A DNA stretch of 62,996 nucleotides, counting the filler. It is 13 parts of 13 records of this genome, joined end to end, with 100 filler letters (N's around TTAATTAATTAA, not from the genome) between each part and the next. Parts side by side here need not be neighbours in the genome. Positions count along the whole stretch, not along the records: positions 1 to 3,998 come from SRR7504441_16861; positions 4,099 to 8,471 come from SRR7504441_16863; positions 8,572 to 15,091 come from SRR7504441_16865; 10 more parts are not named here. One strand, 5' to 3'. The stretch's first letter is position 1; the number at the start of each line of letters is the position of its first letter. The translations under genes were made by a program, and so were the position numbers. Under the pieces are notes generated by a model that searched no databases, was not told the origin of the DNA, and worked only from the letters and a program-made list of their open reading frames with translations. Below, piece after piece: positions 1-11,670 of the stretch.

Positions 1-3000
1 CCCGGATTGATGTCAAGAATTCAGCAAAAGCATATATCTTGCCACCCATTCCCTCTGCTTTGAAGAAAATTCCACTGCAGGACATGGTACTTTCTGGATG
101 CTCTTCTGTCATTTGTGTCTCCTCTGTGGATATAGGGACAGAGAGCTTGGCAAGTGTGACCTCAATCCCTACTCCAGCCTTCGCGACGAAGATATCAACG
201 CTAACCTCACCTGCAAAAGATGCAGAGTTAGGGTCATGCTGGTAGTGGAAAGCTACCTCCTAACACGACTTCTACAAAAGGAGTCAAGGAGGCAAGCCAT
301 CCGCCAGCTAGGCAGTCTGTATTGTAGATATCATTTGGAGTCTCATCGCCATATGTGATTTTCGCCCCAACCCTACCAGTGATGTCCACTCTTGCACTCA
401 TGGGAATGCCGCAGAAAACGAAAAGCTTTTCGACCTCCCAAAAGGTACGCTCATATTCGATTGGTAGAACAATATATGATGCATCGACATCAAACTGGCA
501 GTAGCCCTGCCGGTCTTGATTCGAGAAACCCCCAACATCAGCGACCTCTTGCCCTTCAGAATCCTCTTCCCATTCGGTGCCGGGTGTCTCCATCGCATTT
601 TGCCTTTCCAACTTGGCCTGACCCGTCTCCTTGTTCTTGAAAGCATTTTGTCTGTTCATCTTAGGCTTCTCTGCTCCCTTCGACTCCCAAAGACGCACCC
701 CTGCAAAGCATTCTTAAGTAGGAGTTTCATACCAGTGTGGGGATCATACCCAACAGCTCGATGAAGTGACAAAAGGGTGCTTTCTGTAGCACCAGGAAGG
801 TCAGTGGCGTGCATTGAGCTGGGCCTGGGAGAACGCACCCAAGGATCTTTCTCACTGTTGAACTTCACCAATTCAAAGGTCCAGGACCATGCTTTGGCAC
901 TCAGGGAGGCATACATAATCATTTTTCTGTCTAGCGCATCCACATCCACACCAATCTTTGGCTCGGCTCTGATGTCGCCTGAGGGAGGCAGAGACCAAGA
1001 CATTTGCATCTTTAGCACGGCGGACATCTTGCCTTTGCCGGCACCGGTGGAGCTTGTGGAGCGCACTTGAGCCAACTCTTCCTTGGACTGGGACGCCTTT
1101 TCTGCAGTTGCAAGCATTTCGTCTCTAAGCTTTCTTCGTACAGGAACTCTTGGGTCGTGCTGCATCAAAAAGTCGCCACCTAAAGCTCGTAGTGCGTGCT
1201 TTCGCACGTTTATATCACTGTCACCGACGAGCTTGGCCAGATGATGCATACTACGAGAACCTCGAATTCGCCCTAGATTCTGGGAAGCTGCAATACGCAC
1301 ACGGGGTGGCAAGTGCTCAGCTGTTGCTTGAAGCAGAGCCTCGTGAGCAAGTTCTGAGCCCGAATTCCCCAGAGCATCTGAGTACATAAGTGCCTCCCGC
1401 ATCCGATTCTTGTGCAAATCTAGAGTATCATCATCAGTTGTAGTTTTAAGCACTTCAAGCAGTCGAGCAGCGTCCTCTTGGATAAGGTGGTCATATTTAT
1501 TCCTCTGCTTGCTCCCGTTACAAGTGAGAGAGTGAGACATCAGCCCATGGGAGATGTGAAACGCCATGGCGGCCAAAGCTGGGTTGGACTCTTTTGATGC
1601 AAATTCGCGCAAATGGAGAATGACCTGGGCCAACAACGCATGTCACATTCTATATGTGCAGCGATGCACTCACTGGACCATGGTCATAGCAGCTTGGCTG
1701 AAGGAGAGCAACCAGAGCATGTGTCCTTGTATGATGTTGGATCAACGAATCAGCAGCAAGGGATATCAGCTTGCCAGGTGTTGACTTTGAATTCTTGACA
1801 TTAGCCCCAAGCGCACCGACGAGGACCTTCACAACTCGTGGTGGAATCGTGTCTCCGTGCAATTGTGTGAATACGCTTGCTCGTATGTTAGAGCTCAACC
1901 TGGAACACGGCCAGCTCAGGTCAAATCTTAGTGTTAGCACATCTCACCTGAGGAATTCTCGAACTGTTCGGAAAGCCTTCCGTTCCCTCAGCTCCTTATC
2001 GGACATTTGTTTCAATTCCTCGATGAAATTTGTAACCACCTGGAACATGAGCTAAAATAAAACCAGACTCGATCAGGACATGGTATCACCTCGTGTGTGT
2101 GCGCTTTTGGTAGGCTGTTTGCTTTGGGGTGGCTGAAGTAGTTAATGCGACGATGCAGTGCCTTTCTTCCTTGCCCGATGTACTTCCAGTCGGCACTTAA
2201 AGACGTTTCTTGTGGTTCCTGCACCAGTCACGCGTGAAAAACACAGAACCGGGCAAAACGCAGAACCGGGCCAGATACGTATTTTGCCTCTTGGGTAAGA
2301 CCCATTTGTGAGGCATATGCGGGAGGAATTGTAGGTTCTGCAGTCGGGGAGAATTTGGTGTTGTCAGTAGATGTGCATGTGTAGGCATGCGTTGAAGTCT
2401 TTGTTGCCACAAAGTTGGCATCCGTCTCTCCATCGGCATGCTGGTTGCGGTCGGAAGAGTATTCACCTGTTACAGTAAGGCATCAGTCTTCCCGTCAGCA
2501 GGCTGGTCAGCGGAGCATCGACCTGTCTGTGGACACTCAACGTCAGCATAGTCCTCCGGCTTCTCTCCATGAGCCTCTTTGCAGTGTTCAGCTGTAGTTC
2601 CAGACTGATCCTTGCCAATTTTCACTCCAGCGTGATTGTCGGTAGACAGCAGGATTTCATTCTTTAGGGATGCGGTTCCTTTGAACTTTCTGGAGATCGA
2701 CTCGCTAGCGCCAGGGCCGCGATGGATACTCTGACCCTTGTTCACATCGACCAGTGTATATCCATGATGATGTATTTTTTCATGCCCATCCTCCAGCTTC
2801 TCACGCTTGTACCTGCAACGCTCAAAGCTCAGACCACGGAATGTGCACTGTCGACTGGCACCAGGTGTAATGTGTCCCCTCCTCATCAGTATGCTGGTGC
2901 TTGAACTCCAGCAGCTCCTCATCGGTGTGTCCGATCACAGGAGCTAGAGAGTCCACTGCACCAACCAGTGCATTTTGAATCCAGGAGCAATCATTGTACG

Positions 3001-3903
3001 AGGTGTGTACTTTTTCCCCATCTGCGCTCCCTTGATATGCCTCGTCCTCAAGTTCATAGTCTCGACATTTGTCCGGTTCATCTGATGGTGGAGTCGGGTA
3101 GCGGATGTGAGTTTCTGTAATCTCTCCAGTCTGTGAGCTCTGAATTACTCTCAGTGCCGTACCTTCGAAAGTCTCCTTCCTATCCTGTTGTGGGGTGGTC
3201 AGTCGACATACAGAGGGAGAGCATAAGGAGGGAGGGAGGGGGGGTCTCAGTCTCGCCCGGAACCGCCGGTCCGCCAGAGCAACACGACTCAAGCAATGAA
3301 TGTCAGAATATAGCAAGGCAAGGCAAGGCAGGGTGGAGACCTGCGCTTCGTTCTCATCGACATCGGCAAACCCTTGTGCGGTATGGCCTGCCAAGTTGTC
3401 CCCCGCAACAAACCAAACGTAATCTCCATTCTGATTCGCATTGGGACAGCCCCGTGTGATTGCCATCGTGAAGCTCATCCCGCCTGTACTGTGGTCGCGG
3501 GTGCCTTCGTCGTTCGTGCCATGACCCTGCGTGTTGCTGGTCACAGAGAACTCGCAGCGCGACCCCGTTGCACACAGCCGGGCATGCTGTAGGCCGGTCT
3601 GGACCAACGTTGCGGTATCGCCCTCCTTCTGGAAACCGTTTGGATCGTTAGCATCAACGTTTCGTTCCCCCATGTCGTTCACATCGACGTAGTTGCTGAG
3701 CTCCGTGTCGACCGGGCTGCCGTAGCCATACTGCACGCCGGCTGCTTTGCTCTCGAGTAGATCGAAGTCGCCGGCTGATTCTGGAACCACGGTGTCCTCA
3801 GGGGCGCAGTGAGCCACGACGGCGAAGAAGCAGAGGGCGGCAACGGTGCGGAGGACCTATCCCGCCCCCGCTCAGGCCCCGGCCACGGAGCTCGCACCGC
3901 CAT
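1..3903 (-). CDS. Large secreted protein, possibly large-lipid-transfer (vitellogenin/MTP N-terminal-like); multi-exon, 3' end beyond window
   Basis: ATG at 3903. A 41-nt GT-AG intron after ATG GCG gives signal peptide MAVLRTVAALCFFAVVAHC. ORF pieces 2822-3817, 2470-2922, 1650-1940, 656-1636 and 234-698 lie on the same strand; two junctions were spliced by hand. A beta-rich N-terminal part is followed by a helical HEAT-like part containing ALGNSG and VRKHALRALG. Confidence 0.5.
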
Positions 3904-3998
3904 GTGTTGTGGGAGATCGACTGCAGTCTCTCCGTGCGTCTCGTCGAGCGCAAAACTTCTGGGCCACTCTGGGCCACAATCTCACGGTCGAATCGTGT

Positions 3999-4098
3999 NN
4001 NNNNNNNNNNNNNNNNNNNNNNNNNNNNNNNNNNNNNNNNNNTTAATTAATTAANNNNNNNNNNNNNNNNNNNNNNNNNNNNNNNNNNNNNNNNNNNN
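3999..4098. other. Artificial contig spacer (N-run + TTAATTAATTAA + N-run); 12 such spacers in the window
   Basis: Identical 100-nt block with stops in all six frames, repeated at 8472, 15092, 19062, 26545, 30907, 34298, 38195, 45916, 49184, 53581 and 57761. Confidence 0.98.
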
Positions 4099-4214
4099 CT
4101 CGAGATAGTTTGGCGATATAGTCATACTCATACATGAACAGTGTGTTGTTCGCTAGCTGAGGTGCACAGCTGGTACCCATTGGGATACCTTGTCTGTACA
4201 TCTCACCGAACCTG
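4099..4214 (-). mobile_element. Reverse-transcriptase fragment, Penelope-like retroelement relic
   Basis: Translates RFGEMYRQGIPMGTSCAPQLANNTLFMYEYDYI, resembling the PLE RT motif YxQxxGIPMGTxCAPxLANLFLxxYE with about 2 residues missing. Cut by the contig end. Confidence 0.7.
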
Positions 4215-4335
4215 GTTGGCTGTGTACAGTAGTAGCACCAGTAGTAGCACTCCCGGCCGTGGCACTCTCCGTGGCCTCTGAGTCGTGCCGAGCAACACAC
4301 CGGCGGAGCGCAAAGCGAGCACGGCATTGTCGGGG

Positions 4336-7300
4336 ATGGCTGGCTGGACCTTGTGGGTGCTCCAGCTGGCGTGGCTGTTCCGGCTGGCTGCGGGCGAGCT
4401 TCGGCGGGGACCACTGCCCAGCTCGGGCGCGGCGGTGCCAGACCAGTGGGTTGCCACGTTCGTCCGCTACGCCCATGCGGCAGACCACCCCAAGCTGGTA
4501 GCCGCGGCGCTGGCCGGTGACTCTGTCAGCCCGGCCAGTCCCTGATCCCTCAACCAGGATACACCGGCCCCGGTGGGTGCCGGGTGCTCCCACGGAGGAA
4601 CAAGGCCGCGGGGCTTCCCAGCGACTTTGGATTGCTCGAACTGAGCCCTGCTGGGGACCCGATCAGGCAGGCCAGGCTGGCTGCGGTGCTACTGGCACAT
4701 CCTGGTATCCGTCGGGTAGTGCCTCACCGTTACATCCGGGCTTCGGCTCCGGCGGTGGGCCCAGGCCGCGGAGCGACTTCGAGCGGTGGCAGGCGCAGAA
4801 CGCTTCACTGAGGCACGGGCGGAGGCTGTGTGGGCAGGACCAGCTGGTGTCGGCGATAGGCTCAGACAAAGCACTGTAGGCTGTGCGTTGGCTGTGACGT
4901 TGGGGGGTAGGTCTGGGCCAAGGGGTTCAAGGGAGCTGGGGTAAAGATCGGGATCATGGACACCGGAGTGCAGGCGGCCTCATCCCAGTGGATGCCAGTA
5001 ACGGTAGCGGGTAGGAGGGCCACCCACACTTCAAGCATATAGTAGAGAGGACCGAGTGGACGTCGGACGGAAGGTTGGACGACACGATCGGGCATGGGTC
5101 GTTCGTGGCGGGCGTGATTGGCTCGTCGCAGGGCTGCCTAGGGTGAACCCGGGCGGGTGATTGGGCTAGTGTCTGGATAGATCGGCACCAGAGGTGTTAA
5201 TTCATACTTTCCGAGTGTTCACGTCCAGCCAGATGTGAGCACCAATAATTGGAAGTGAATATTTGGCTGCTGATTGACAAGCGGGCAGGTCTTACACTAC
5301 CTGGTTCCTGGACGCGTTCAACTATGCGATTCACACCAAGATGGATGTGGCCCTGTTTTGGCTGGCTAGCACTCACGTTTGAGCAAATAGGTGATTAACC
5401 TTTCAATTGGAGGCCCTGACTTCCTGGACTATCCTTTTGTGGACAAGGTCACAGCGCACTGTGCTGCACCCACTGTGCGGTGACCAGATCAACGAAATAT
5501 CTGCCAATGGAATCGTGTATATCTCAGCACAAGGAAACGACGGCCCTATGTCACAAGCTCTTCTGATCCCCTTAAATAATCAATAGTGTGGCCAGGTGGG
5601 GGACGCTTATGTCTCCTGCCGACCAGATGGATGTTGTTGGTATCGGTGGGATCGATTGGAAGAATAAGCTGGCTAGGTGCGTGGCAGTTGACTGGTCTGA
5701 GCTGCGCCGGCAGCTTCTCCGCTAGAGGGATGACCTTGTGGGAGTTGCCTTCGGGGTGCTGTTTGTAGCTTGGTGCCACTGAGGTGGGTGCAGCTATGGT
5801 CGATTTAAGCCGGACATCGTCACACACGGCGCAATGGTCACCGGCTCCAGTATACGGGGCGGCTGTACGCACCTCTCTGGCACGTCGGTTGCGTCTCCTG
5901 TGGTGGCCGGGGCAGTCGCTCTTCTAGCCAGGTCCCAAAGGGAGCTCTTTATTATTTATCAATTACTCTCAGCGCGGTGCCGCCAGAGCGAAAGGCAGAT
6001 CGAGTGAATCCTGCGGCCATCAAACAGGCGGCTTTAGTGCAGCCGACGTGTTAATATTGGTTCATCAGGTACTGGTAGAGAGCTCGGATCGGCTGCCGGG
6101 CATGAATGTCTTCGAGCAAGGCGCGGGTAAGTTGAATGTCGAGCGCGCTTTTGAGGCAATATCCATTTTTGAGCCTAAGGCGTCGCTGCTTCCGTCGGCG
6201 CTGCATCTAGATCAGGTCTCAGAACCTTCAGAACAAAGATGTGACTGTTGTTCCAGGCACCGTACATGTGGCCGTATTGCACGCAACCACTGTACGCTGG
6301 GGCGATTCCTATCATTCTCAACACCACTATTATCAACTCAATGGGCGCGGTCGGCCGACTACTTGCGACCCCAGTTCTAATCCCGGGCCGCAACGCAGAG
6401 CACTTGCAGGTGTTTATAACTAGGGCAGTTGTGGCCAGTGAATCGCTTCTGGGGATTGACCTAACGTCACAGGTGAGATTCGAGTACCCCGAGCTGCTGT
6501 GGCCGTACTGCGGTCACCTCGCACTGTGCGCGGCCGGACTATCTGCCAATGATTTATTGATGTAGGTTCCTCACTGTACCAGAGATGTCGAGCAAATTCA
6601 GCGGAATAGTTGAACTAGAATTTGAATTCATAGTTGAATCGGCCATGCCTTCAGGACCTGCCCGGCAGAGCACTGTCAGGGTGCCGCTGTCAGCTAAAGT
6701 AGTGCCCACCCCTCCAAGGCAGAAGCGGGTGCTTTGGGATCAGGCACGTGTTGCCTTCTCATTATGAATACTGCGGGCTGAGTGTGCCCGGTTAGTTCCA
6801 CAACGTGGCCTACCCGCCCGGATATATTCCGAGGGACAACATAGCTGTCTCTGGCGACATGCTCGACATGTATGGCGACCACCCGCACACGAACTTCCGT
6901 AGCTGGTAACAGAGGGAAGACTTGCACTGACTTTTAGATAGGTATGCGCGGCTCCGCTCGCTCGGGTACTTTGTAGAAGTACTGGGTCATTCATACACTT
7001 GCTTTGACGCCCGCAGGTACGGCACGTTATTCATCGTGGACTCGGAAGATGTTTTCAGCGAGGCCGAGCGTGCCAAGTTGCACCGAGACGTGACTGAGCT
7101 CGGGCTTTCTGTGGTGGTAATAGCCGAATGGTATGACCAGCAAATGATGCGCTCGGTTGCATTCAACGACGACAACACAAGGTGCTCGACTCCAACGCCC
7201 AGATAATCCCAACCGCCAGGCGGCTGTGGACAGCACTCACGGGTGGGGCGCACGTGCCTGCGCTAAACCGGCTGCTCCAGCCGTGGGGAATTGCTTTCGC

Positions 7301-8432
7301 TGGGGCCTGCCTGAAAGGAGAATTTAGTATAAGGGCACTCGAGGTCCAAGCCTCGATCCGCTCCTCGACAGCGATAGCACGCTTCCCTGCCGGCGGGTGG
7401 GCTCGTTAATTGATAGATATGTGTGCTGAGTTTGGTAGTGTCAGTTACTTACTCAAGGCTCAGTTGTCGTCGCAGCATGGGCATTCTAGGGCCGAGCACG
7501 CAGTGCTGGGGCTGCTTCAGACAGCAGGGAGCAATGCTGGTAGAATCGCCGCGTTTGTAGACTCATCTTGCATTGACGACCATCGGAGGCAGGGCCGGGT
7601 GGGATGGATCGGCTTAGAACAGTCAATGAGCAAGGGGCAGGATTGTCTGTGGCTGATGGATGTGCTAATGTCTTTTGCTGCGGACCGTGTGCTAGACGCC
7701 TCAGTAGCGCAGCATGCCGGAGCCCAAATGAAAACTGACTATTCCGATAGCAAGCCACTGCCGCAGGTCTCCTCCGTTATGCTTAGCATATAGCAGTCTG
7801 ACCTGCTGCAGGTGATTGCTGATCCTGACCCGATTTTAAAATACTCCCGTGCGATCCGTGCTGGGGTCTACCAGCAGAGCGAGTGCTTCGAGCCGTCCAG
7901 ACAGCCAGCTGAGCTCAACCAGCAGCTCCGGCGCCGACAGGGGATTCCGCCCCCAGTTGCCGCTGTGGTGAAAAAATCGGCCGGAGTTCTTCCTACAGTA
8001 CAGTTGCGACCACAGTTGGTCTCTTCGAACAGCCAGGCAAGGGAACAGCCAATGACACCCACTGTGTCTGCCGATGAAGAAGCAAGCGGGCTTTTGCGGC
8101 AGCGGGAGAGGGTGGAGAGGTTGCGCCGCCAGGTGACGGATGCGAGAGCGGAGCAGCTTATGCGCCCGATCGAGATAAGGCCAATTGGGTTAGGTAACCT
8201 GAGGGAGCCCAGGTGCGCTTAACATTTACTTGATATTTGCTGGAGTGACAGTTGGAACAGGCGGGACTGGGTTGTAGAGCAGGATATGGTGTTGGTGTCA
8301 GCTGTGATTGGGTTATTAGTGTTTATACTTGGCTGCGCTATGTTCCGCATGAGGTCACGACGGAGGCGGAAGGAGCGGCAGCCAGTCCAAGTGCCATCAG
8401 GCCGAACACTTGACATGGCACTCGATGTCTAA
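4336..8432 (+). CDS. MBTPS1: Site-1 protease / subtilisin-kexin isozyme 1 (S8), about 22 short introns
   Basis: Spliced peptides [69 protein letters not shown] and [18 protein letters not shown] follow S1P collinearly. Has a signal peptide and a C-terminal TM. One N-terminal splice (about 4730-4840) is unresolved. Confidence 0.96.
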
Positions 8433-8662
8433 GCCGTCGGCGACGCCGACACCACTGACAAGGGTTCTAAGNNNNNNNNNNNNNNNNNNNNNNNNNNNNN
8501 NNNNNNNNNNNNNNNTTAATTAATTAANNNNNNNNNNNNNNNNNNNNNNNNNNNNNNNNNNNNNNNNNNNNTCGCAGCGACGGGGGGGGCGGCACCCCAG
8601 CGGGACAGCCGCACCCGACTCCGGCAGCCGCACCAACCGGGCAGGATCAGCCGGCTGCGGAC

Positions 8663-10481
8663 ATGCCAAGGAAGAGGAGCTGGAAGAACCGGACCCAGGA
8701 GACGTCCGCCGCCCGGAACCTCCGCCGCAAGCGGTGGCTACCACAGCAGGGTTGTAGCAGGTTCTGAAGGGGGGCAGGGCCAAACAGAGGCGGTGGGAGC
8801 TGACGTCAACAGCGCAAGACGCAGCTGGCCAGTTGCGCGAGAGTTCAGGCAACCTGCATCCGGGTGAGCGCCTGTGGAAGGTGCGGCAGTTCTCGCAACG
8901 CGGTGCCCCAGCTGCCGATCATCAACCCGGCTTTGAGCCAGCCCGTCGGCACGGGTTGCTTTTCGTGCCTGATGGAGTCAGCGCCTGGTCAGTTGCGACG
9001 GCAAAATTCGAACACCCACAGCGCTGGCGCACAGCCTCGGGCCACGACCTGGTGGTAACTGAAACCTGCCTAGCGAGTGGTGGGGCAACGGATACCTCCT
9101 TAGAGCCCGACAACGTGTACTATTCAGCATGCCACCGGTTCATGGGGCACCCTTACAGGACCGGGCAGACAGTACCGAAGCGAGGGGATCCGGTGATCCT
9201 GCCTCACATCAGCAAGTCCTGCAGCTGCTACTTGATCGGCCGGTTTCTAACCGACCATGGGTTCACGACAAGGGTAAAGGACCTGAACGCGCTCTCAAGC
9301 GATTATTCTTTTCTCTCCCAGGCCTATGCTGTGGATGATTTATTTGTGGTGAGGCCGGTGCTGTGGGAACACGTCACGCACAGCAACAACCTGGAGACCA
9401 AGATGCGCGATCAGATAGATAAGGCCGTGTTTTGGTTTAGCCAGGTCATTAGAGAGCCCGAGCAGCTATATGCCACGTATCTCGCCCATGCATTGCCGGT
9501 AAAAACAATCTGGGGCGCTGAGCCTGCGTCTGGGGAGTTAAGCCTGCATCCATTTCTAGAGGCCAAAGAAGCCGTGGTTGAGGAACGAGATCAAAATTCG
9601 ATAGTCAAGGGATTGGAAACGAGCGTGTCCAAGGATTGTGCACAGCGTGTCCAAGGATTGGAATCGAGCGTGTCTAAAGACAAAGGGGAGGAGAATCCAG
9701 AGGCATGGGAAGCAGCACCGCAAAAGGTGAAGATCGAAGAATACGAATATGAAGGCTTCTACAGTTGCTTGGTGTGTCATACACCACGGCGTAGGTGCGG
9801 TAAGGTGTGTTACAGGTGTGCTACGAGTCATGCCGCCGGTCAAGAGGTGTGCTTTCTTGCTCGGGCTGTTCCGTTGGGCTTATGCATAAAGCCTGTCTAG
9901 GCTCGCAGAAGACTTGCCCGCAATGTGGCCAAGACGCCTTAATACCTTGGGATCGGACGTCACGGAATCGTTCGAATGATTTTACGGAAATTGCTAGCAG
10001 CAACAATGTCCGTGTTAATGACATGATTATGGTCGAATGGGATGATGGTGTGTTTCACGAAGGACGTGTTGTGGAAGAAAGAATATCTCTTTCTTCGACA
10101 ACACACACGGTGATTGAGCACCGCGTCAAATATGGCGACCAGTCGAAGTATTGGCATGACTTCGATTGCCAGGACTTCAGGCTGAAGCAAGTATACGTAC
10201 AACAGCCTGAAGTTGCTCCAGCACGTGCACCCATCAAGCTTGAGCTACAAGTAAATGAGCTACAAGAAGAGCATGCAAGTGCACTAGAAGATGAAGGCTG
10301 GAAGCGTAGCGGGCCTCACGTTGGTAGCATAGTCAAGAAACAATTTGATGGGCAATTGTATCGCGGCACTGTCACGTGGTGGCACCCGAATGCAGAATGG
10401 TGGTATGTAAATTATGACGATGGGGACAAAGAGACGATACACCGTGAAAAGGAACTAATGAGCATCATTATGAAGATATAG
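8663..10481 (+). CDS. Nuclear protein: basic N-terminus, unknown domain, C4HC3 (PHD/RINGv-like) finger, two Tudor-like domains
   Basis: MPRKRSWK...RRKRAKQRR is NLS-like. A 44-nt intron joins ORFs 8833-9900 and 9807-10481 to give CLVC..CSGC..HKAC..CPQC. Tudor-like motifs VEWDDGVFHEGRV and KKQFDGQLYRGTV...WYVNYDDGDKE. Confidence 0.7.
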
Positions 10482-10814
10482 GGTTAATTAATCTAGAGTG
10501 CGCACTGATTAGCCATATACATGTACTCGTATAGGAGTACCGATACAATCATGTACATGTACGTTATATATCTATGAATACGAGTACATTACAAGTCATA
10601 AACGAGGTTGTATAAACTATAATAATTAAAATGAAAACCTATATAGAGGTGCTTTTGTGAGCTAACTCCGCACCGAGTACCACGGAGTGATCGCCGGAGA
10701 TACTTGCAAGCGTACTTGTAATTGTACAACAATGATTGTACTCGTACGGTACTTGGCAATTCGGTGCACGTGCTGATGACGATTGCTTCAATTGCAATAT
10801 TGTCGATACCTCAG

Positions 10815-11540
10815 TTAGAAGTTCTTGAAGTCTGGCACTGGCCTATCACTCTGGGCATGGTCAAGATCGGATGGTACGCTCTGCGGAGCAATCCACTGCG
10901 GTGGCTCTACTGATTCACTGTCTGCAATCTCCGGATCAGGCGCTTGAGAGGTCGACTCTGGCTCGTCAGGCTCTGCGACCGCGGCACCCTCGGGCTCGCC
11001 GGCAGGTCCATCCTCAAGGGCTACGCTCTCCAGCGTCCCCACCACGGCCTGCACGGTCTCCACGGCCTCCTCGGGCTCCTCGCCCGTCTGAGTGCCCACC
11101 TCGCACACGCCGTCCCGGGTGCGCAGCGTCTGGTTCTCCGCAAACTGCCCCACATCAGCCGGCCCGGGCAGGCTGACCACCAGCGCTTTGGAGCTCTTCT
11201 TGAGGCCCTCGGCCTGGGCCTTGTACAGCTCGAGCTGCACGCCCGTCTCTATGAGCCGCTCCTGCAAGTCCAACTCCTCGTGCTCAGCGAACCCGGCCCA
11301 TCGCGGCAGCTGGCCCACTAGCTTGTCCTTCAGGTGCTCGTTGCTGGTACACAACTGGTTGTAAATGTGTTCACTGTGTGAGAGCGCCGACCGCAGCTCG
11401 CTCACCTGCTTGGCCTGGGCCTTGTAGGCGGCGCTCAGGTGCTCAAATTGGCGCTGCAGGGCCCTGTAGTCATCCATCTTGACGAACAGCTGCGGCTGGG
11501 CGTCCGGCCCATCCGCGTACTGGAAGCTCCCCGACAGCAT
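10815..11540 (-). CDS. Coiled-coil protein with acidic tail, unknown function
   Basis: 241-aa ATG ORF with heptad-rich N-terminal half; head-to-head with the gene at 11671. Confidence 0.65.
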   Translation of the reverse strand: MLSGSFQYADGPDAQPQLFVKMDDYRALQRQFEHLSAAYKAQAKQVSELRSALSHSEHIYNQLCTSNEHLKDKLVGQLPRWAGFAEHEELDLQERLIETGVQLELYKAQAEGLKKSSKALVVSLPGPADVGQFAENQTLRTRDGVCEVGTQTGEEPEEAVETVQAVVGTLESVALEDGPAGEPEGAAVAEPDEPESTSQAPDPEIADSESVEPPQWIAPQSVPSDLDHAQSDRPVPDFKNF

Positions 11541-11670
11541 CTCCGCTCCTACCCCCGGTCCGCCCCCACTGCCGTGCTGCTGGTCGCTTGTCGGTTGGGC
11601 TCAGCGGGAGCTCAGAGCAGCGCGGGGTCTGTCAGTGTGCACTGACCGCCGCCGTGTTGTGGGCTCGGCA

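Noticed and set aside
3999-4098. Recurring TTAATTAATTAA palindrome inside N-runs as a biological repeat
   Set aside because: Identical six-frame-stop linker used to concatenate contigs; ORFs ending in X..LIN are artefacts.
4336-8432. In-frame stops suggesting an alternative genetic code or pseudogene
   Set aside because: Every stop checked falls inside a short GT/GC-AG intron, and TAA, TAG and TGA all end genes normally.
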